A DNA stretch of 64,000 nt from a virus. The notes beneath the pieces are model-generated. The model made no database searches and had not been told where the DNA came from. It saw only the letters and a program-made list of their open reading frames with translations. Shown here one piece after another: positions 41,238 to 50,911 of the stretch (positions are counted from its first letter, which is position 1; every line of letters starts with the position of its first letter). A program made the position numbers and the translations under genes. The stretch covers positions 5,175 through 69,174 of IMG/VR virus record IMGVR_UViG_3300031707_000010; one strand, 5' to 3'.

Positions 41238-41669
41238 TTAAACTACATGCTCAACCCAAACGAATCCAAAGTTTTCAACTGGACGAACTTGTGCAGCATT
41301 GTTCACCGTGAATCCAATTTTATTGCAATTATCCACAGTGCCATTATCGCCAGTTGTGCGAATCCAAGCAGACCCAGATTTTCCAAGCTGAGCATCCGTA
41401 AAAGTAACAAAGGTTTCAATTGCAGAACTCGGTAAATCTGATCCAACAACTTCTCCTTCACCCACAAACTGATAAACCAGATTGTGTTTTTCTACAAAAG
41501 AATCTGGTGAAGGAGTCCATGTAGCTTTAAATTTTTCCATATTTCCCTCTATGTGATTGAATGTGAAATTGCTAACAGCGTTAACTGGTTTTCTTCGCAT
41601 TATACAATAGAAAAATAACACAATAAGTGCGAAGCAAAGTAAGGCGATAATAGAAAAAAGAGTTACCAT
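41238..41669 (-). CDS. Membrane-anchored Fn3-like protein; possible internal start at 41540
   Basis: N-terminal TM, then ATWTPSPD, HNLVY, WIRTTGDNG (Fn3-like); internal AGAGGG-AAAT-ATG. Confidence 0.55.
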   Translation of the reverse strand: MVTLFSIIALLCFALIVLFFYCIMRRKPVNAVSNFTFNHIEGNMEKFKATWTPSPDSFVEKHNLVYQFVGEGEVVGSDLPSSAIETFVTFTDAQLGKSGSAWIRTTGDNGTVDNCNKIGFTVNNAAQVRPVENFGFVWVEHVV

Positions 41670-42427
41670 GTGGATACATCTCCTACAACAGCCCTATTAA
41701 GTGAATCATTTGGCATTTGATAAAGCTTCATTTTAAACACAGCTCGTTGGTCCCAACCTCTATTTTTTGTAGGATCTCCAAGAATTTTTTCCATTCTAAT
41801 GTGAACATACCAATCGTAAGGCTTACCTTTAAAACTATCGCTCCACTCCTCTACAGGTGTTGGCCCTGCAGAATAGATATACCACCCATGACCGTTCTGG
41901 TCTAATACCTTACGAGCGTAAGTAAGCCAACGAGAAATTTTTACAGTAGAATCTCGAGTACGCCCAAGAGTGTCGTATAAATTAGGAGCTGACCCTCCTC
42001 CTAAGCCTAAGCTATCTGGAACAAAAACTCCTCGTTTTTCTACTATCCAAATCCAACTTGAATCATCGCAAGTTTTTCTAGCCCATGAAAATAATGCTTT
42101 ACGTTGGTCTCCACGTCCAGTAACAGAATCAAAAGAGAAGTGATAATCTATAGAATAAGTTATCCAAGCAGAATCTTTACCACCGCAGGTTGTTGCACTC
42201 CACAATCTTTCATCGGGAGCTTTCCACCAAAATCCTTGTTTAATATAACAGAAGATTGTTGTTTCTCGTGCGGCTTCTTCACATAGATTAAAATACATAA
42301 ACGCAGCTCGTTTTTGACTCCAATATAAGGAATCCCCTTTTAAATTTACCCATACTTTTGGTTGAGAAAGAACTGTAGAAGTGAACAACAACAGAAGAAG
42401 TCCGGCGCGCTTCATTTGACGCCTCAT
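41663..42427 (-). CDS. Exported protein, aromatic-rich (possible glycan-binding/hydrolase fold)
   Basis: Signal peptide MKRAGLLLLLFTSTVLS-Q; many W/Y; seven D(S/T)(A/L/V/T) sequons. Confidence 0.6.
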   Translation of the reverse strand: MRRQMKRAGLLLLLFTSTVLSQPKVWVNLKGDSLYWSQKRAAFMYFNLCEEAARETTIFCYIKQGFWWKAPDERLWSATTCGGKDSAWITYSIDYHFSFDSVTGRGDQRKALFSWARKTCDDSSWIWIVEKRGVFVPDSLGLGGGSAPNLYDTLGRTRDSTVKISRWLTYARKVLDQNGHGWYIYSAGPTPVEEWSDSFKGKPYDWYVHIRMEKILGDPTKNRGWDQRAVFKMKLYQMPNDSLNRAVVGDVSTW

Positions 42428-43005
42428 GGTTTCGGAATTGACCCTGGAAATAAATGTTCAAATCCTTTGCTGACCCAACCCATTGGATCTACTTGTTGTA
42501 ATCCCAAAGAATGTAATACAGATAAAAACATAAAACCGCCTACAAGAATTAAAATAAGTTTTCCAGTTTTGCTAGTTATAAATTTACCTGTCTTAGTTTC
42601 TTTTTTGTAAGTATTCCAAGCATCTTCTGCACGTACGGTTGCTCGTACAGAAGTAGTTAATCTTTGAATTTCTATTTGGCCCTCTGATAGTTTAGCTAAA
42701 CTGCTCATTATAGCAGTATGCTCATTGGCGTTTTGTTTAGTGAGGGTGTCTACACTATTAATTAGATTCATATGGCCCTCCTTATAATCTTTTTTAAATT
42801 TAGCTAAATCTGCAATATCTTCTCTTAATTCTCTTTCAATCTCTAAAATCTTACCCCCAAATTTTTGCTCACTGAGCATCATCTTTTCATCTACACGACT
42901 TAACACTTGATCCGTAAGCTTATGAATCTCTGTTAATACTTCTGCTAAGTCTACTAAATGAACGACTTCTACAGGGGTCTTAATTGCGGCCGATTTAGGA
43001 GTCAT
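42424..43005 (-). CDS. Coiled-coil protein with C-terminal TM helix
   Basis: Heptads then LILILVGGFMFLSVLHSLG. Confidence 0.6.
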   Translation of the reverse strand: MTPKSAAIKTPVEVVHLVDLAEVLTEIHKLTDQVLSRVDEKMMLSEQKFGGKILEIERELREDIADLAKFKKDYKEGHMNLINSVDTLTKQNANEHTAIMSSLAKLSEGQIEIQRLTTSVRATVRAEDAWNTYKKETKTGKFITSKTGKLILILVGGFMFLSVLHSLGLQQVDPMGWVSKGFEHLFPGSIPKP

Positions 43006-43385
43006 GTTTTTCTTTCTTTAAATGAGAACCAAATTAGGAATATTCCTATAACCCAACTACCGATTTCAAGATACCAAAAGTCTGGCCACCAATTATACCC
43101 TGGTTTAATATGAATGAAACTATCAAGGTATAGATGTATTGCATAAGCTGGATGCCAATAAAAAGTATTGACCAGATCTCCAGTGTGCATCCTTGTATAA
43201 TATTCCCATCTTGTAGCTCCAAAAAATGTTGCTGCAACCCAATCAAATATGTCTGGCCAAATGCCGCCAATAAAACCAAAAATAGATGCTATTAAGACTG
43301 CCTGTTTTCTCCAAATCTTTGGCATCCATCTCCAAGGTAATGCACAAAATCCAGCACCTAAAACTCCATGAGCTAGAAATGTCAT
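43002..43385 (-). CDS. Membrane-bound metal-dependent hydrolase-like (YdjM-like) protein
   Basis: N-terminal AHG, G..PDIFD, RMH, HLYLD..H motifs within TM helices. Confidence 0.6.
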   Translation of the reverse strand: MTFLAHGVLGAGFCALPWRWMPKIWRKQAVLIASIFGFIGGIWPDIFDWVAATFFGATRWEYYTRMHTGDLVNTFYWHPAYAIHLYLDSFIHIKPGYNWWPDFWYLEIGSWVIGIFLIWFSFKERKT

Positions 43386-43711
43386 GTTCCTGTCTCCACT
43401 AATTTTAGCTGCAATTCTTTATGTCGATTTTTATAATATCTATTAATTCTTCTTTTCTCTAATACTTCTACCCACCAAGCTGCGTCGCAGACTCTACATT
43501 TTCTAAATTTATTTCCTACAATTCTATTACACTTAGGACATAATACTGTTATCTTTGGAACTAATACTTCGTTACTATGAAGAGCAGCAAACAATGCTTC
43601 ATGAAGAATTTGTACTTCTTGTTTTAATTGAAGACAATACTTTATTAAGTCTTTTCGAGACATTTCTTCCCAAATTACAAAAGGCTTATCTTCAAATTTA
43701 AATTTGTTCAT
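43382..43711 (-). CDS. Hypothetical zinc-ribbon protein
   Basis: CPKC...CRVC. Confidence 0.6.
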   Translation of the reverse strand: MNKFKFEDKPFVIWEEMSRKDLIKYCLQLKQEVQILHEALFAALHSNEVLVPKITVLCPKCNRIVGNKFRKCRVCDAAWWVEVLEKRRINRYYKNRHKELQLKLVETGT

Positions 43712-44400
43712 GGATTTGGCTTTACGCTAGCGGTACAAATTGACCAGTCTTCTGAATTCCATTTACTCCAACTCATAGTAACTGAAGACGCCCCAGATTC
43801 CTGAGACGAACCAAATGCCAATTCTCCAGTTCTAGAACTCCAATAGTATCCAGATTGTCCAGATCCTACTGTAAAACCTCCTCCATCGTATGTCGCACAA
43901 GCATCAATTACAATTTCTCCTTCAGCACTCGTTTGATCTCTAGTTGCAGTTGTTGAAGTTCCTTCAGCTTCTCCACTATAACTAAATGGAGTGCTTTGAT
44001 CTACTTCATTCCAGCTTGTAGCTAATGCTCTAAAATCGCTAGTTGAAGAACTCAAAGTAACGACAATATCATGTGTTCCATCATCTGGGAGTAACAAATA
44101 CCAAATTGCAGATCTAAATCCACCTTTATCTCTATCTACAAGTTCTGTTAAAGCATCTCCATTATAAGCTATAGATGTAACAGTTCTATAAGCTACTCCT
44201 AAACATACTGTAAGCATTCCATTATCAGTAGCACAAGTGTGACTCCACGTAGTTGCAGAACTTTGTGTAGTATCGTCAACTCCGAATTCTCCAGATGGCC
44301 CTCCCCCTGAACCTTTAAAAGGAAGGATGAAAATATCTTGTGCTTTTATGGGTGCAATCCATAATAGCATTAAGGCAATGTACGCGTACCTATTATCCAT
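43708..44400 (-). CDS. Exported beta-sandwich protein resembling phage fibre-tip domains
   Basis: Signal peptide ..YIALMLLWIAPIKA-Q; WSHT, VTSIAYNG.ALT, IWYL..P..GTH.IVVT, VDQSTP. Confidence 0.65.
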   Translation of the reverse strand: MDNRYAYIALMLLWIAPIKAQDIFILPFKGSGGGPSGEFGVDDTTQSSATTWSHTCATDNGMLTVCLGVAYRTVTSIAYNGDALTELVDRDKGGFRSAIWYLLLPDDGTHDIVVTLSSSTSDFRALATSWNEVDQSTPFSYSGEAEGTSTTATRDQTSAEGEIVIDACATYDGGGFTVGSGQSGYYWSSRTGELAFGSSQESGASSVTMSWSKWNSEDWSICTASVKPNP

Positions 44401-47291
44401 ACTTTTAATCCTGCTCCAGCTATCGTTGACCCTATTTGATCTACAAAAATTTTAATTTCTGAATCATCCGCTAATGAAGCATCTGTAATTGTTGCTTGTG
44501 TAGAATTTGGATATGAAGATTTAGCTGATACATCAATTTGACATTTTGTTCCTAAAATAGTCGTTCCAGATTCATGAATATCTACATGAAGAGAAGACCC
44601 CGTCGGAGCTGTTGTAACACTTGCTCTTATGCCAGTAACTGTCATGGCATAAGGCATTCTAAAAGTCATCTTTTCTACAGAAGTTGAAGCAGTTAACGCA
44701 GTTGTTTCATCTGAACACGCAATTCCTATAACAGTAGGATAAGAAGCTTTACTTACAAAATTAGAACTGACCCATCCTTGAGTTGCTCCTCCAGTTGTTC
44801 CAACTGCTTGTCTTAATTCAAATCCAGTAAAAGTCGTTCCATTTCTTATAAATAAAAACGATGAGGATTCTCCATTAGTAGGTTGTGGTGCAGTAGATAA
44901 TCCAGACCAAGTTATTCCCGTAGGCCAAGTAACTGTTTTATTATTTGGATTATAAAGAGTTAAAATATTATCTCTTCTTTTTGAATTACTCATTAAAATT
45001 CTAGTATTAGCAGTTAAAGTATCCACAGTAATTGTATTATTCCAATCTAAATATACTGTATCTGAAGTAACTGCGTATGATAATGTTCCAAAAAGAAAGT
45101 CTTGTGAAAAATTGCTGTATCCTGCAGAATTTCCAGCTGCAATTCCCCATGCTAAATTTAAATTTTCTGGAAGATTAGTAACATTAACAAAAGTATCAGG
45201 AAAATCTTCTCTAAGTAAATATGTAGTTGTCCAATTTATTGTTCCATAATTAAACTTATACTTTGTAGCTCCTGTAACTTTTCTCCATTTAAAAGTATAA
45301 TCCGGAGGAATTAGCCACGCATTTGCTGTAGGTTGAACAATTTGTGTAGGTATATCAGGAATTGTTTCTCCAGGACCTCCACCGTCTGTAATTATTCCTA
45401 TTGGAGCTCCAATATCTCTCCACTGTTTTCCACCACTGAAAAAATAAATCCTATCATTTGTAGCAGTTGTTATAGATTTATTAAAGGTTACAGTTCCAGC
45501 GTGGTGATCTATAGAACTAATTCTAACTATATCTACAGTAGAGGCATGAACAATAAGTAAACTATCTCCATATAACGTAAATCCTGCTCCCCATACAGTT
45601 CCTACTGTATAATCATCTCTAAATAACCAAGTATCTACTCCAAGAGTTTGAGTAGCACTTGTAGTTCCAGTAACAATCTGCGATAGAGCGACTGCTTTTC
45701 CTTTAGCAGCGCTTGTAGGTTTAGGTCTAAAATCATAACTTCCTACCCAAGCAGTTGGATATACTGGAGCATTCTCAAATCCCGGATCTGCCCAAATGCT
45801 TGAATCTTCTCCCCCTTTACATATCGTTCCAGTAACAAAAGAGACATGGTTTGTCATTCCTAAGTTTGTATCTGGAGAATCTCCAATATCTTGAAATTTA
45901 CCGCCGTAAGCCATAGAGTCTGGATAATCCCAATAAAGATTTCCATTTACATGATAAGCAGGAGTTCCAGTTCCAGTACCCCCACTTGTATTATAATTTG
46001 GCTTCAATCTCATAAGGGCTCCTGCCCCACTCCCTGTTCCTCCATTATTAGGCATTCCAACAACTATATTATTTAACACCCATCCACAATACCCTCCAGT
46101 TGTTCCTGCATCCATGTTATAAGCACCTGAAGATTTTTGAGTAGTGTTCCATCTTCTTCTATTATTCGCAAAAGTATTGTGATAGGCCATAAAACTACCA
46201 GAATAATCCATCCCATCTCCATTAGAATACAACACATTATTTCGATAAATCATAAAATGTTCCATTCTTGAAGGAGTTCCACGACAAAAAGCAGCTCCAG
46301 TTCCATAGTGAGAATCTGAAATTCCAACTACTGTTTGATCTCCATCGTCATCATTCTTAGTACCCCAAACAGTACATCCTTCAACCATAGACCGCCAAGC
46401 ACCCTTAGGATCGAAAGCATTTTCTCCTGCATTTTTAAGAATACTATTTCTAACAAGAATTTGAGCTGAAGAATCTGCATAATCGCTATTAATTTGGATG
46501 TTATCTTCTTCCCAAGATGTATCCATATAACACTGTTCTATTAAATGTCCTGTATAACCTACGCCTGCTCCTCCAGAATAAGTTAATACAAAATTACTTT
46601 CTCCTTGATTAGTAATTGTATCTCGATAAAGTGTTGAATGATCTGCTGCTCCTCCATCTATAGCTATTCCAATACCTGGAGTTCTAAAAACTTTTGTATT
46701 CATAACCGTAGTATGTGAACCGCCTATTACAATTCCACGATCTTTATAATAATGGATCCAATAATCGTGAGCTACATCTGTAGATCCAGAACTCACCCAA
46801 CAACGATCCATAATTCCATAATCTCCTGCCATCTGTACATAATAGGTAGCAGCTGTTGCTTTTGTATAATCATTACACATAAAACCTAATCTATATAATT
46901 TTACATAATCTCCTGTAACAACAGCTACATTCCTTTGATTTTGCCAACGCCAATCATCGTCAGTATCATAATATGTTCCATTCAAATATCCTACAATTAC
47001 TGGATAACTTGTGTCTGTAGCAGCCATATAAACAAGCATTGCTCCAGAAGTTCCATTTCTAGATTGATAAAGATCTTCGTTGTAAGTTCCACCGTACATT
47101 TTAATAGTATCAATTCCACCTGCCCCTAATTCTGCATTTGCTTTATGTAAAGTCCACGCATCTGTTTTACTAGTTCCACCATTGCTAGATGAACCATCTG
47201 GAGCAACATATTTAATTGTTCCAGAATAAATTAAAGTTGGAAATAGAATTAATAAAACTAAATATCTTAATTTTAAGGTAATTGTATCCAT
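44370..47291 (-). CDS. Exported right-handed beta-helix (pectate-lyase/depolymerase-like) protein with Fn3-like and phage fibre-type C-terminal domains
   Basis: Signal-like LKLRYLVLLILFPTLIYS-G, YVAPDG..NGGT...AW, GGTY, RNNVLY/HNTFANN/NNIVV repeats, ADPGF, C-terminal ACSDETTALT..FRMPY..GLKV; ATG 47291 preferred over 47336. Confidence 0.75.
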   Translation of the reverse strand: MDTITLKLRYLVLLILFPTLIYSGTIKYVAPDGSSSNGGTSKTDAWTLHKANAELGAGGIDTIKMYGGTYNEDLYQSRNGTSGAMLVYMAATDTSYPVIVGYLNGTYYDTDDDWRWQNQRNVAVVTGDYVKLYRLGFMCNDYTKATAATYYVQMAGDYGIMDRCWVSSGSTDVAHDYWIHYYKDRGIVIGGSHTTVMNTKVFRTPGIGIAIDGGAADHSTLYRDTITNQGESNFVLTYSGGAGVGYTGHLIEQCYMDTSWEEDNIQINSDYADSSAQILVRNSILKNAGENAFDPKGAWRSMVEGCTVWGTKNDDDGDQTVVGISDSHYGTGAAFCRGTPSRMEHFMIYRNNVLYSNGDGMDYSGSFMAYHNTFANNRRRWNTTQKSSGAYNMDAGTTGGYCGWVLNNIVVGMPNNGGTGSGAGALMRLKPNYNTSGGTGTGTPAYHVNGNLYWDYPDSMAYGGKFQDIGDSPDTNLGMTNHVSFVTGTICKGGEDSSIWADPGFENAPVYPTAWVGSYDFRPKPTSAAKGKAVALSQIVTGTTSATQTLGVDTWLFRDDYTVGTVWGAGFTLYGDSLLIVHASTVDIVRISSIDHHAGTVTFNKSITTATNDRIYFFSGGKQWRDIGAPIGIITDGGGPGETIPDIPTQIVQPTANAWLIPPDYTFKWRKVTGATKYKFNYGTINWTTTYLLREDFPDTFVNVTNLPENLNLAWGIAAGNSAGYSNFSQDFLFGTLSYAVTSDTVYLDWNNTITVDTLTANTRILMSNSKRRDNILTLYNPNNKTVTWPTGITWSGLSTAPQPTNGESSSFLFIRNGTTFTGFELRQAVGTTGGATQGWVSSNFVSKASYPTVIGIACSDETTALTASTSVEKMTFRMPYAMTVTGIRASVTTAPTGSSLHVDIHESGTTILGTKCQIDVSAKSSYPNSTQATITDASLADDSEIKIFVDQIGSTIAGAGLKVWIIGTRTLP

Positions 47292-50245
47292 GTGTCCGCC
47301 ACTCGTTGGTACATGAAGAGTTTTGTTGAATGCCAATAAAAGTCACCGTTGTTTCCACCTGTTGGATCTGTTGACCCATAAGTATAGCTCGTTTTTCCAT
47401 TCAATTGCGTTTGAATAGCACTTGTAACTCCATCTACAAAATTAAGTTCTGCTCCTGTTGGTAAAACAGATACAGCTCCAAGAGTAAAAGGAGTTGGAAT
47501 AGTAACAGTCCCCGTAAAAGTGGGGGAGCTTTTGGGAGCGTATATTAATGTGCTATAATTTCTTATACTAGTGCTATCTGCATTTTTAAGATATAAGATA
47601 TTGCTATAATTTCTTATACTAGTGCTATCTGCATTTTTAAGATATAAGATATTGCTATAATTTCTTATACTAGTGCTATCTGCATTTTTAAGAACTGCTG
47701 TTAAAAATGCTTTAGCTGCTAACGAAGTACCAAGTCCAGCTGTATCGCTAGCTACCCATCCTGGAATAGTACCATTACTTCCTAAGCGTTGACCGATAGT
47801 GCCTACTGTCAATCTAGTAAAATATCCAGATGAGTTTCTATAAAATATATCTCCCGTCGCATCAGATGTTAAAGTAAAAGTTGGAGTGCCTGTAAAAACA
47901 GGCGACGTAAACATTGTTGCTTTACTTTCATTAGTAACATTCTGTAAAGCTAAAGCAGTTTTAACCGCTGAAGCATCTGACGATGCCCAAGCTCCTCCAA
48001 CAGAAAGAATCATGTTGCCAGTTGTAGGAGTTAATCCAGCAATTGTTGTTAAGTCTGCGTCTAAAGGTTGTTTTCCTGATAATGATGTACCTAAACCTGC
48101 CGTATCGCTAGCTGCCCAAGTTGGAATAGTACCATTACTTCTAATATGATAGCCAGTTGTTCCAAGTCCAAGACGAGTAAAATAACCTGAAGAGTTTCTA
48201 TAAAACATATCTCCTGTAGCATCACTTGTAAGCGTGAATGTTGGCGATCCTGTAAAAGTGGGGCTCGTGAACATTGTTGATTTAGATTCATTTGTGACAT
48301 TCTGTAAAGCTAATGCAGTTTTAACAGTTGCTGGATTAGCAGAACTCCATGCCGAGCTTGCTGCTAAAATCATATTATTATCTGTAGGCGTCAATCCTGC
48401 TAGTGTCGTTAAATCTGAATCTAAAGGCTGTTTACCTGCTAGTCCTAATATTACTCTAGCAATAGTAGCTAATCCAGTTGCTGCCGTTGATGTATCAGCA
48501 CTTAAAGTAATAGCACCCGATGTTGCACCCCCAGTTATCGGCGTATTTGTACTTACAGAAGTTATATCCCCATAATTCATAGCATTAATATCTGCCCACG
48601 TAGGCAACCACGTAGTAGTATCTGTAGCAAGAACATAATTACCTGATGCTTGTTTACCTGCAAGTCCAAGTGTTACTCTTGCTATTGTAGCTAAGCCTGT
48701 AGCTGCTGTAGAAGTATCTGCACTTAATGTTATTGCTCCAGACATCGCTCCACCTGTTATGGGGGTATTAGTGCTAACTGATGTAATATCCCCATAATTC
48801 ATGGCATTTATATCAGACCATGTAGGAAGCCAAGTAGTTGTATCTCCTTTAGCAGGATACAAAAAATTACTATAAGTTCTAATATATCCACTATCAGCTG
48901 GAACTAAATATACACCACTGGCTTGTTTCCCCGCTAATCCTAATGTAACTCTTGCTATTGTTGCAAGTCCAGTTGCTGCTGTGCTTGTATCAGCACCAAT
49001 GGTTACGCCACCACTCGACCCTCCACCTGTTATGGGGGTAGTTACACTCACCCCAGTTATGTCACCATAATTCATTGCGTTGATGTCTGACCAGGTGGGT
49101 ACCCAAGTTGCTGTATCTGCTTTTGCTATGTATAAAGCATTACTTTGATTTCTAAGAGATGTTGAATCAGCATTTTTAAGAAATGTATTATTTGACCAAT
49201 AACGAGTGGCATAAACTGAGGAATCCGGAGTTGCAATTGTGATAAGATATTTTGTGTAAGCTAAAAAAGTAGCTGAATCTTGTTTTGATATTAAATCTGA
49301 TAAAAGTTTAGTTCTATAAATATCTCTAAAAATCATATTACTTGCTGCATCTAAAGTTATCCAAACTGTATCTTGAGCCGTACCTTCCCAAAGTCCAATT
49401 TTTCTAAATTGCTGGTCTCCCCATAAAAATAAATCTTGTGTATGATCGAAAGCTGAACTAGCTAAACTTCTTGCGTATGCGCGAGTAGCAGCTGAATCTG
49501 TATTTCCCATTCGTAGTGTACCACTAACCTTCAATACTCCATTAACATACATGCTATCTTTAACATAAGTAAATCCTGGATTTACAGAAAAAGTTTCTAT
49601 TGAATTAATTGTAGCAGTTAAAGGTTTTCCACTTGTTGTTGAAAAAGCTCCTGCGGTTCCACTAACAGAAGCTGCCCAAATGCCATATCCAGCACCTTGA
49701 TTAGTACCAACTAACGCCATAGAAGTAGCAGAAGACGATGCAGAATTTAATGTAGCTGCTACCCCCATAGATAATGCTGCTGTTGATGGATTATATACTT
49801 CAATTGACGCCTCTCCACCTGAATTTGCTACATTAAAAATTTGCTTAGCATACCAAGTTTTTGTAAGATTTTTTTGAGCTACGTTTGTATCAACACCAAT
49901 TCGTATTTGATTAGAAACTGAACTATCTATTAAAATTCCCGTATTTGCTGTAAGAGTTTTAAACCATAATGTAGTATCTGTCTTATTCTTGTAGATTTTA
50001 AATCCAGTTCCTACGTTTCCTCCTGTACCAACACTTCCACTACCTCCAGTTGGAGCCGCCCATGCTGCACTTCCATTAATCTGCTTTGTTAATACGTAGC
50101 CTGTAGAACCTCCAAGCAGAATTAAGCTCTTATTGAAATAAGTGCTTTCAGCAAATTCTACAGGGGTTCTAAACTTTTGATTTTGAGCAACAAGAAGGGC
50201 TGGTATTAAAAGCAGTAAGAAAAGAATTAATAGCAGTCTTTTCAT
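47273..50245 (-). CDS. Exported fibre-like repeat protein (990 aa)
   Basis: Signal peptide MKRLLLILFLLLLIPALLVA-Q; fibre-type motifs KQPLDADLT.IAGL, LQNVTNESKATMF, SPTFTG, VDGVTSAIQTQLNGK, DPTGGNNGDFYW. Confidence 0.8.
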   Translation of the reverse strand: MKRLLLILFLLLLIPALLVAQNQKFRTPVEFAESTYFNKSLILLGGSTGYVLTKQINGSAAWAAPTGGSGSVGTGGNVGTGFKIYKNKTDTTLWFKTLTANTGILIDSSVSNQIRIGVDTNVAQKNLTKTWYAKQIFNVANSGGEASIEVYNPSTAALSMGVAATLNSASSSATSMALVGTNQGAGYGIWAASVSGTAGAFSTTSGKPLTATINSIETFSVNPGFTYVKDSMYVNGVLKVSGTLRMGNTDSAATRAYARSLASSAFDHTQDLFLWGDQQFRKIGLWEGTAQDTVWITLDAASNMIFRDIYRTKLLSDLISKQDSATFLAYTKYLITIATPDSSVYATRYWSNNTFLKNADSTSLRNQSNALYIAKADTATWVPTWSDINAMNYGDITGVSVTTPITGGGSSGGVTIGADTSTAATGLATIARVTLGLAGKQASGVYLVPADSGYIRTYSNFLYPAKGDTTTWLPTWSDINAMNYGDITSVSTNTPITGGAMSGAITLSADTSTAATGLATIARVTLGLAGKQASGNYVLATDTTTWLPTWADINAMNYGDITSVSTNTPITGGATSGAITLSADTSTAATGLATIARVILGLAGKQPLDSDLTTLAGLTPTDNNMILAASSAWSSANPATVKTALALQNVTNESKSTMFTSPTFTGSPTFTLTSDATGDMFYRNSSGYFTRLGLGTTGYHIRSNGTIPTWAASDTAGLGTSLSGKQPLDADLTTIAGLTPTTGNMILSVGGAWASSDASAVKTALALQNVTNESKATMFTSPVFTGTPTFTLTSDATGDIFYRNSSGYFTRLTVGTIGQRLGSNGTIPGWVASDTAGLGTSLAAKAFLTAVLKNADSTSIRNYSNILYLKNADSTSIRNYSNILYLKNADSTSIRNYSTLIYAPKSSPTFTGTVTIPTPFTLGAVSVLPTGAELNFVDGVTSAIQTQLNGKTSYTYGSTDPTGGNNGDFYWHSTKLFMYQRVADTWIQLP
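47551..47692. repeat. Perfect 51-bp coding tandem repeat (~2.8 copies; LKNADSTSIRNYSNILY)
   Basis: tgctataatttcttatactagtgctatctgcatttttaagatataagatat starting at 47551, 47602, 47653. Confidence 0.95.
47720..49110. repeat. Internal module duplications in the 990-aa protein
   Basis: Three copies of TW.PTW.DINAMNYGDIT...ADTSTAATGLATIARV.LGLAGKQ and two copies of KQPLD.DLTT...LQNVTNESK...SDTAGLGTSL. Confidence 0.85.
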
Positions 50246-50847
50246 ATTAGTACGATCATTATGTCACAATAGTAATGCGACATTTCTGGCCCGTTTGGAT
50301 CCAATGAAACATTAAATAATAAATTTCCACCAACAACCTGTATAGATGCTTGTGTAAGTTTTACTGCTCGATAAACATAGATATTATTAATAATAGATGA
50401 TGGCTCAAAAATAAAAACTGCTGGAAGATTTGAAGATGAAAATTTTGGCCACGTTTGTCCACCATCTGGAGTTGTCAATTTTCCTGAACCTGTAGTAAGA
50501 ACTTCAAATTCACCTACTGCAAGTTCTCCAATATCTACCCCTCTCTTAATGTATATTGACTTACTTGCTGGAACCTCAAATCCTGATGCGCCAGAGAAAT
50601 CGTCCTGCTTATTCGTATTAATGTAAAGGTCATATCTTACATTCTGATTTGTAATGTCTGCATACCATTGTCCAGGATTATTAACAGATTGCGTCAATAC
50701 TACAGAATATGAATCAGCAGTTTTTGTAGAAGGGTTAGCAGAATTTAAATCTGGTTGAGGTTGCAAGAATGCTGAAGTAATACCACTCTGAGGTTTTAAT
50801 GTACCATCTAATGCGTGCTCCACTAAGAATATTGAAAACCTTGGCAT
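50242..50847 (-). CDS. Hypothetical virion-associated protein
   Basis: 201 aa, RBS GGAGG, first gene after major capsid; no signal peptide. Confidence 0.7.
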   Translation of the reverse strand: MPRFSIFLVEHALDGTLKPQSGITSAFLQPQPDLNSANPSTKTADSYSVVLTQSVNNPGQWYADITNQNVRYDLYINTNKQDDFSGASGFEVPASKSIYIKRGVDIGELAVGEFEVLTTGSGKLTTPDGGQTWPKFSSSNLPAVFIFEPSSIINNIYVYRAVKLTQASIQVVGGNLLFNVSLDPNGPEMSHYYCDIMIVLI

Positions 50848-50860
50848 TTATCCTCCAAAT

Positions 50861-50901
50861 AAAAAAGGTGTGGAACTTTGCAGTCCCACACCTTTGTTTT
50901 G
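50861..50901 (-). terminator. Rho-independent terminator after major capsid gene
   Basis: AAAGGTGTGG-loop-CCACACCTTT with T-run on the minus strand. Confidence 0.75.
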
Positions 50902-50911
50902 ACTCCAGCCA

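Noticed and set aside
47551-49110. Diversity-generating retroelement TR/VR pair
   Set aside because: No reverse transcriptase in the window; repeats are in-frame tandem modules without visible adenine-specific differences
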